Made by a program: the position numbers and the translations under genes
Notes under the pieces: generated by a model
What the model saw: the letters and a program-made list of their open reading frames with translations, nothing else
Databases searched by the model: none
What the model was told of the DNA's origin: nothing
Shown: positions 24,924 through 28,269 of the stretch, piece after piece
How positions within the stretch are numbered: position 1 is the stretch's first letter
Layout: every line of letters starts with the position of its first letter
IMG/VR virus record: IMGVR_UViG_3300038829_000034
Span: 1 to 28,269 of that record
DNA: 28,269 nucleotides
Source: a virus
Taxonomy: Duplodnaviria > Caudoviricetes
Reading direction: 5' to 3' (one strand)

Positions 24924-25634
24924 TCATTCGTTCTCCAGCCCCACGGCTCGGCCGAGTCGCTCACGGCACGGCTTGCAATGCCGAATCTTCCGTCGATGGG
25001 GACTCCTGAACGATTTCCCGCAATCCAGGCAGTCCAGCCTCGCGGCAAAGTCCGGCTCATCGAGCCATGCCCCGCGCGACTCATTCGTGAGTCGCATATA
25101 GAGCCTCCGGAACCGCTCGGCTCTTCTCACCGTGATGAATTGCTTCCCGAATTTTATTTCACCGGATCTATAGCCAAATAACTTGGCCAGCCTGCACTTG
25201 GTATAGCCGGCGCTGATTAATCGGCTGACGCAACGCCAGGTCGATTGCGCCGATACCAACGCACCATCTGACCGCATATCTACAGTGACATTGAGTATCC
25301 GGCGCTCAGATTTGGCACGGAGATGCGTCTGCCTTCCCAATCGAATGTTCCTGATCGTTGTCTCTGGAATATCAGTCACGGCCGAGACAGCTTTATATCC
25401 CAGGCTCAACTTGGCCAATTTTTGGATATGGATACGTGCCCGCTCGGCCGAAACAATGCCGTTCCAATCTCCGCTCTTTCTCGCTTGCCGGCGGTGGCGT
25501 TCGTAACTACTGTTTGCCCGGCGACACTCGATGCACTTGCACCCAGCCAGATACCGTAACCGATCCCCATGCGGGCGAGACGCGCCAAGCTCAGACACCG
25601 GACGAAGGCCACGATTGAGCAAAGAGACCTTCAT
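24924..25634 (-). CDS. Putative DNA-binding protein (HG..Y..GCKC..C Zn motif, HTH-like middle, C-terminal Zn ribbon)
   Basis: Motif reading; ATGA-coupled to parB. Confidence 0.6.
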   Translation of the reverse strand: MKVSLLNRGLRPVSELGASRPHGDRLRYLAGCKCIECRRANSSYERHRRQARKSGDWNGIVSAERARIHIQKLAKLSLGYKAVSAVTDIPETTIRNIRLGRQTHLRAKSERRILNVTVDMRSDGALVSAQSTWRCVSRLISAGYTKCRLAKLFGYRSGEIKFGKQFITVRRAERFRRLYMRLTNESRGAWLDEPDFAARLDCLDCGKSFRSPHRRKIRHCKPCRERLGRAVGLENE

Positions 25635-27115
25635 TGCCCCTCCTTCCTCCGCGCCTTGGCCTTCTTCGCCTTCTTCGGTGCAGACGTCTGCGCCGGCTGC
25701 TTGTTCTCCGGCTTGGCCAGGAACGTCGCCGGGTCCAGGCCGCAGGCCTTCATGACCCTCGCGCCATAGTCTCCGCCGTGTTCGAGCTTTCTGGAAAAAT
25801 GCAGCCATCCCAGGTGGCGCAACAGATCCTCGGCCGACGTCCCAGGCGGGACCATCTGCAGGATCGCCTTCGATTGCCCAAAGCCGCGCATCTGCTCGAT
25901 CAGCGCGTTAGCCAGTACACCGCCCGCCTTCCACGACAGCTTCTTAATCTGTGCCGCCAGTGCCATTCGCATGGCCGGCACGGCGGCATCCCATCGTTCA
26001 CGCGCCTTCCGCTCGCGTTCCTGCTGTTGTTGCCAGGTGTCAGCTTTGGGCTTCTCCGCCTTCTTCGACGGCGCCGCGCCACCGGCCTTCTCCTTCTCGC
26101 GTTTCTGCTTGGCCCGGATCTCGGCGCCCCAATGGACCTCGCAGCGCTCCTTGTTCGTGCAGACCAGGAACGCCTCGCCCTGCCCCGCGCCAGCCGCGAT
26201 GACGCCCATCACCGATCGCTCGCAAGTCTTCGAGCCCTCTTTCCCGTCCGCCCGCCTCCAGGCCCGTTCGCCGTAGACCTTGTCCTTCGAGGCCCGCCGG
26301 ACATCCTCGTCCGCGAGATAGTCGTGGGTGATCTCAATGATCTTCGTCTTCGCCTGTGCCGCCTCCTGGATCTTCGAGACTGTGTCGGGAAAGAGAAACC
26401 CGTCCGCCGCTTGCGCGTTGAAACGGATATGCCGCTTGATATAGTCAGCCAGCTCCCGCACCGAGACGGCCTTAATCGGTGGATTATCACCACCCTCGGC
26501 CTGCTCGTCATAGAGCAGTTGCTCGATCCGGAAGAGCCCGCCGTTCCGATAGTCGTTCGGCCAATCGCCGATCGCCTTGGCTTGGTCCGTGAGCGGCAGC
26601 CGGGCGAGCAAAATGGCATGGCCCGCCTCGATCTTGCCTTCCCAGAACAGGGCCCGCGCGGCCTTGGACAGCGCCAGCAGCTTCACGCGATCATAGATAT
26701 ATTTCACCGACTTCCCGACCCGCTCCGCGATCTTCGCCGGATCCATCTGATAGGGCGCCGCCATCAGGGCTTCATAGCCTTTGGCTTCATCGAGCGGATG
26801 GACGTCCTCACGCTGCAGGTTCTCGATCGTGAGGACCTCCATGAACTGCTGGTCCGTCATGGTCCGCACGATGCAGGGCAAATGCGTCAGCCCCGCCAGC
26901 TTCGAGGCGCGATAGCGGCGATGGCCCGCCGCCAGTTCAAAGCCCTTGTCGTTCGGCCGCACCGTCGCCGGCGTGAGCACCCCGACCTTCCGGATGCTGT
27001 CAGCCAGCTGCTCCAGCGCCGGCCCATCGAAGTGCCGCCGCGGGTTGTGCTTCGATTCATGAATCTCAGCGAGCGGAATCAGTTTGTAGTCACTGGTGGC
27101 ATTCGACTCAGACAT
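25631..27115 (-). CDS. ParB/RepB/Spo0J-family protein
   Basis: NPRRHF...LEQLADSIRKVGVLTP..VRP, AGHRRYRA, ENLQREDVHPLDEA followed by HTH. Confidence 0.9.
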   Translation of the reverse strand: MSESNATSDYKLIPLAEIHESKHNPRRHFDGPALEQLADSIRKVGVLTPATVRPNDKGFELAAGHRRYRASKLAGLTHLPCIVRTMTDQQFMEVLTIENLQREDVHPLDEAKGYEALMAAPYQMDPAKIAERVGKSVKYIYDRVKLLALSKAARALFWEGKIEAGHAILLARLPLTDQAKAIGDWPNDYRNGGLFRIEQLLYDEQAEGGDNPPIKAVSVRELADYIKRHIRFNAQAADGFLFPDTVSKIQEAAQAKTKIIEITHDYLADEDVRRASKDKVYGERAWRRADGKEGSKTCERSVMGVIAAGAGQGEAFLVCTNKERCEVHWGAEIRAKQKREKEKAGGAAPSKKAEKPKADTWQQQQERERKARERWDAAVPAMRMALAAQIKKLSWKAGGVLANALIEQMRGFGQSKAILQMVPPGTSAEDLLRHLGWLHFSRKLEHGGDYGARVMKACGLDPATFLAKPENKQPAQTSAPKKAKKAKARRKEGQ

Positions 27116-27141
27116 GTGAAACCTCCAGATCAGTTAAAACT

Positions 27142-27414
27142 CTACGGTTGAAATTTCTCGAACTCCCGCAGGGCCTTCATGGCGAGCGATGGATCGCCAA
27201 ACAGAATCGCCTGCCAGACCTTCGCCTTGGCTTTCTCCAAGCGAGCCTGACGAGCCGCCGCAATCGTCCGCTGCTGCTCAGCCCACGCATCCACAACACG
27301 CTTCGCGGCCACCACAGACTTAGGCAGTGTGGGCTTCTGACAGGTCGCATCATATTTCACGCGACAGAGCTGCCCGAGATGCTCTTTCAGATATTTCATC
27401 TGCTCACGATTCAT
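27142..27414 (-). CDS. Hypothetical protein
   Basis: GAGGAG RBS; helical, basic. Confidence 0.55.
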   Translation of the reverse strand: MNREQMKYLKEHLGQLCRVKYDATCQKPTLPKSVVAAKRVVDAWAEQQRTIAAARQARLEKAKAKVWQAILFGDPSLAMKALREFEKFQP

Positions 27415-27679
27415 GGGAGTACTCCTCATTCTCTCGCCAGCTCAGCACCGCAAACTCATCCGGACGCAGACCTAACCATTCACCCGCGCGGTCCTTCACC
27501 TGCACGGCTCCCCACTTATTACAGCCGCATTCATGATCGCCAGCAAGGGCCCCCACACCACTGAACGGAAAATCACCAAAGACATCACGCTGCAGGCGTA
27601 CTGTCGCCGGAACAAATTGAGGAACCTTCCTGAGAAACGCCGCGTGGTAGTAAGCCAGCGCCTTTTGCTCATCAGTCAT
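27404..27679 (-). CDS. Hypothetical protein (91 aa)
   Basis: GAGGAG RBS; packed in the operon. Confidence 0.6.
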   Translation of the reverse strand: MTDEQKALAYYHAAFLRKVPQFVPATVRLQRDVFGDFPFSGVGALAGDHECGCNKWGAVQVKDRAGEWLGLRPDEFAVLSWRENEEYSHES

Positions 27680-27682
27680 GCC

Positions 27683-27949
27683 CTAACTCCTCATCTTGGT
27701 TGCGGGGGCTGGACTCGAACCAGCGACCTTCGGGTTATGGGCCCGACGAGCCACCCCTGCTCCACCCCGCATCGCCATCCGCCGCACCACCGACCGCGCC
27801 CGTTTCGCCACCGAGGCCAGCCCTTGCGCCCGCTTCATGCGCCACTGGCGATGCCGCTGGCGCATCACCCGCCCGTTGCAGGCCCGGCACCGCACCACAT
27901 GCGGCGCGCTCACCGGCAACCCGCAATCGAGGCAGCCGCGGCGGCTCAC
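27683..27949 (-). CDS. Zn-ribbon basic protein whose 3' end overlaps the tRNA
   Basis: CLDCG...CRAC; GTGA overlap with the upstream gene. Confidence 0.5.
   Translation of the reverse strand: MSRRGCLDCGLPVSAPHVVRCRACNGRVMRQRHRQWRMKRAQGLASVAKRARSVVRRMAMRGGAGVARRAHNPKVAGSSPAPATKMRS
27697..27771 (-). tRNA. tRNA-Met(CAT), initiator-like but atypical (U1-A72, C33, short D-loop), with encoded CCA
   Basis: TGCGGGG TG GAGC AGGGGTG GCTC G TCGGG CCCATAA CCCGA AGGTC GCTGG TTCGAGT CCAGC CCCCGCA A CCA folds into a full cloverleaf. Confidence 0.85.
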
Positions 27950-28245
27950 CGCCCCACCACCTGCCGGACATCCGGCGGCACCGTCCGGCCCCGCTCAAGC
28001 GCCGTCGCGCCCAAGCCCAACACCAACAGCACCGCCAGAATCGCGAGCACCCAATGCGCCCAGCGATCTCCTCGCTCCGTGAGCGATGCCAGCACGCCCA
28101 TCGCTAGCCGCTCCCGCTCCGCATCCGTAAACCCCGCCTCGCGCTGCGTCACGCCTGGATGGACCGCCTGCTTGAGCCGCACACGATGCGCCTTCATCTC
28201 CTCCCGCACATTCGGGACCGGTTGCGTGGTCGTCGTCGCCATCAC
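27946..28245 (-). CDS. Small membrane protein
   Basis: AAGGAGG RBS; one TM segment WVLAILAVLLVLGLGA. Confidence 0.65.
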   Translation of the reverse strand: MMATTTTQPVPNVREEMKAHRVRLKQAVHPGVTQREAGFTDAERERLAMGVLASLTERGDRWAHWVLAILAVLLVLGLGATALERGRTVPPDVRQVVGR

Positions 28246-28269
28246 ATCCCTCCTTGGTTGCGAAGAAAC

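Noticed and set aside
27697-27771. tRNA as the prophage attachment site or boundary
   Set aside because: Phage-type genes continue co-directionally on both sides, there is no integrase nearby, and no duplicated tRNA 3' end occurs in the window.

Overview
This window is a contiguous, entirely minus-strand segment of a lambdoid/HK97-like siphophage or prophage. In transcription order (right to left) it holds early genes (an initiator-like tRNA-Met inside an ORF, ParB-like, ASCH-like, Gp37Gp68/DUF5131, J-domain), a replication initiator with iterons, an HNH nuclease, the probable cos region, TerS, four inserted genes and TerL. These are followed by an inserted module, then portal, ClpP-type protease, major capsid, neck, tail tube, G/GT chaperones with a -1 frameshift, tape measure and tail-tip genes. 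The standout is the module between TerL and portal (about 14490-15772). A stand-alone 190-aa gene with RAMP/Cas7-like motifs and a translationally coupled partner gene are bracketed by two 55-nt non-coding arrays, each of 11 pentamers with the pattern GGY-NN (constant triplet plus variable dinucleotide). The second array ends in a terminator hairpin. This looks like a compact, non-CRISPR, phage-encoded RNA-guided system. All protein calls come from motif recognition and gene order; no database searches were run.
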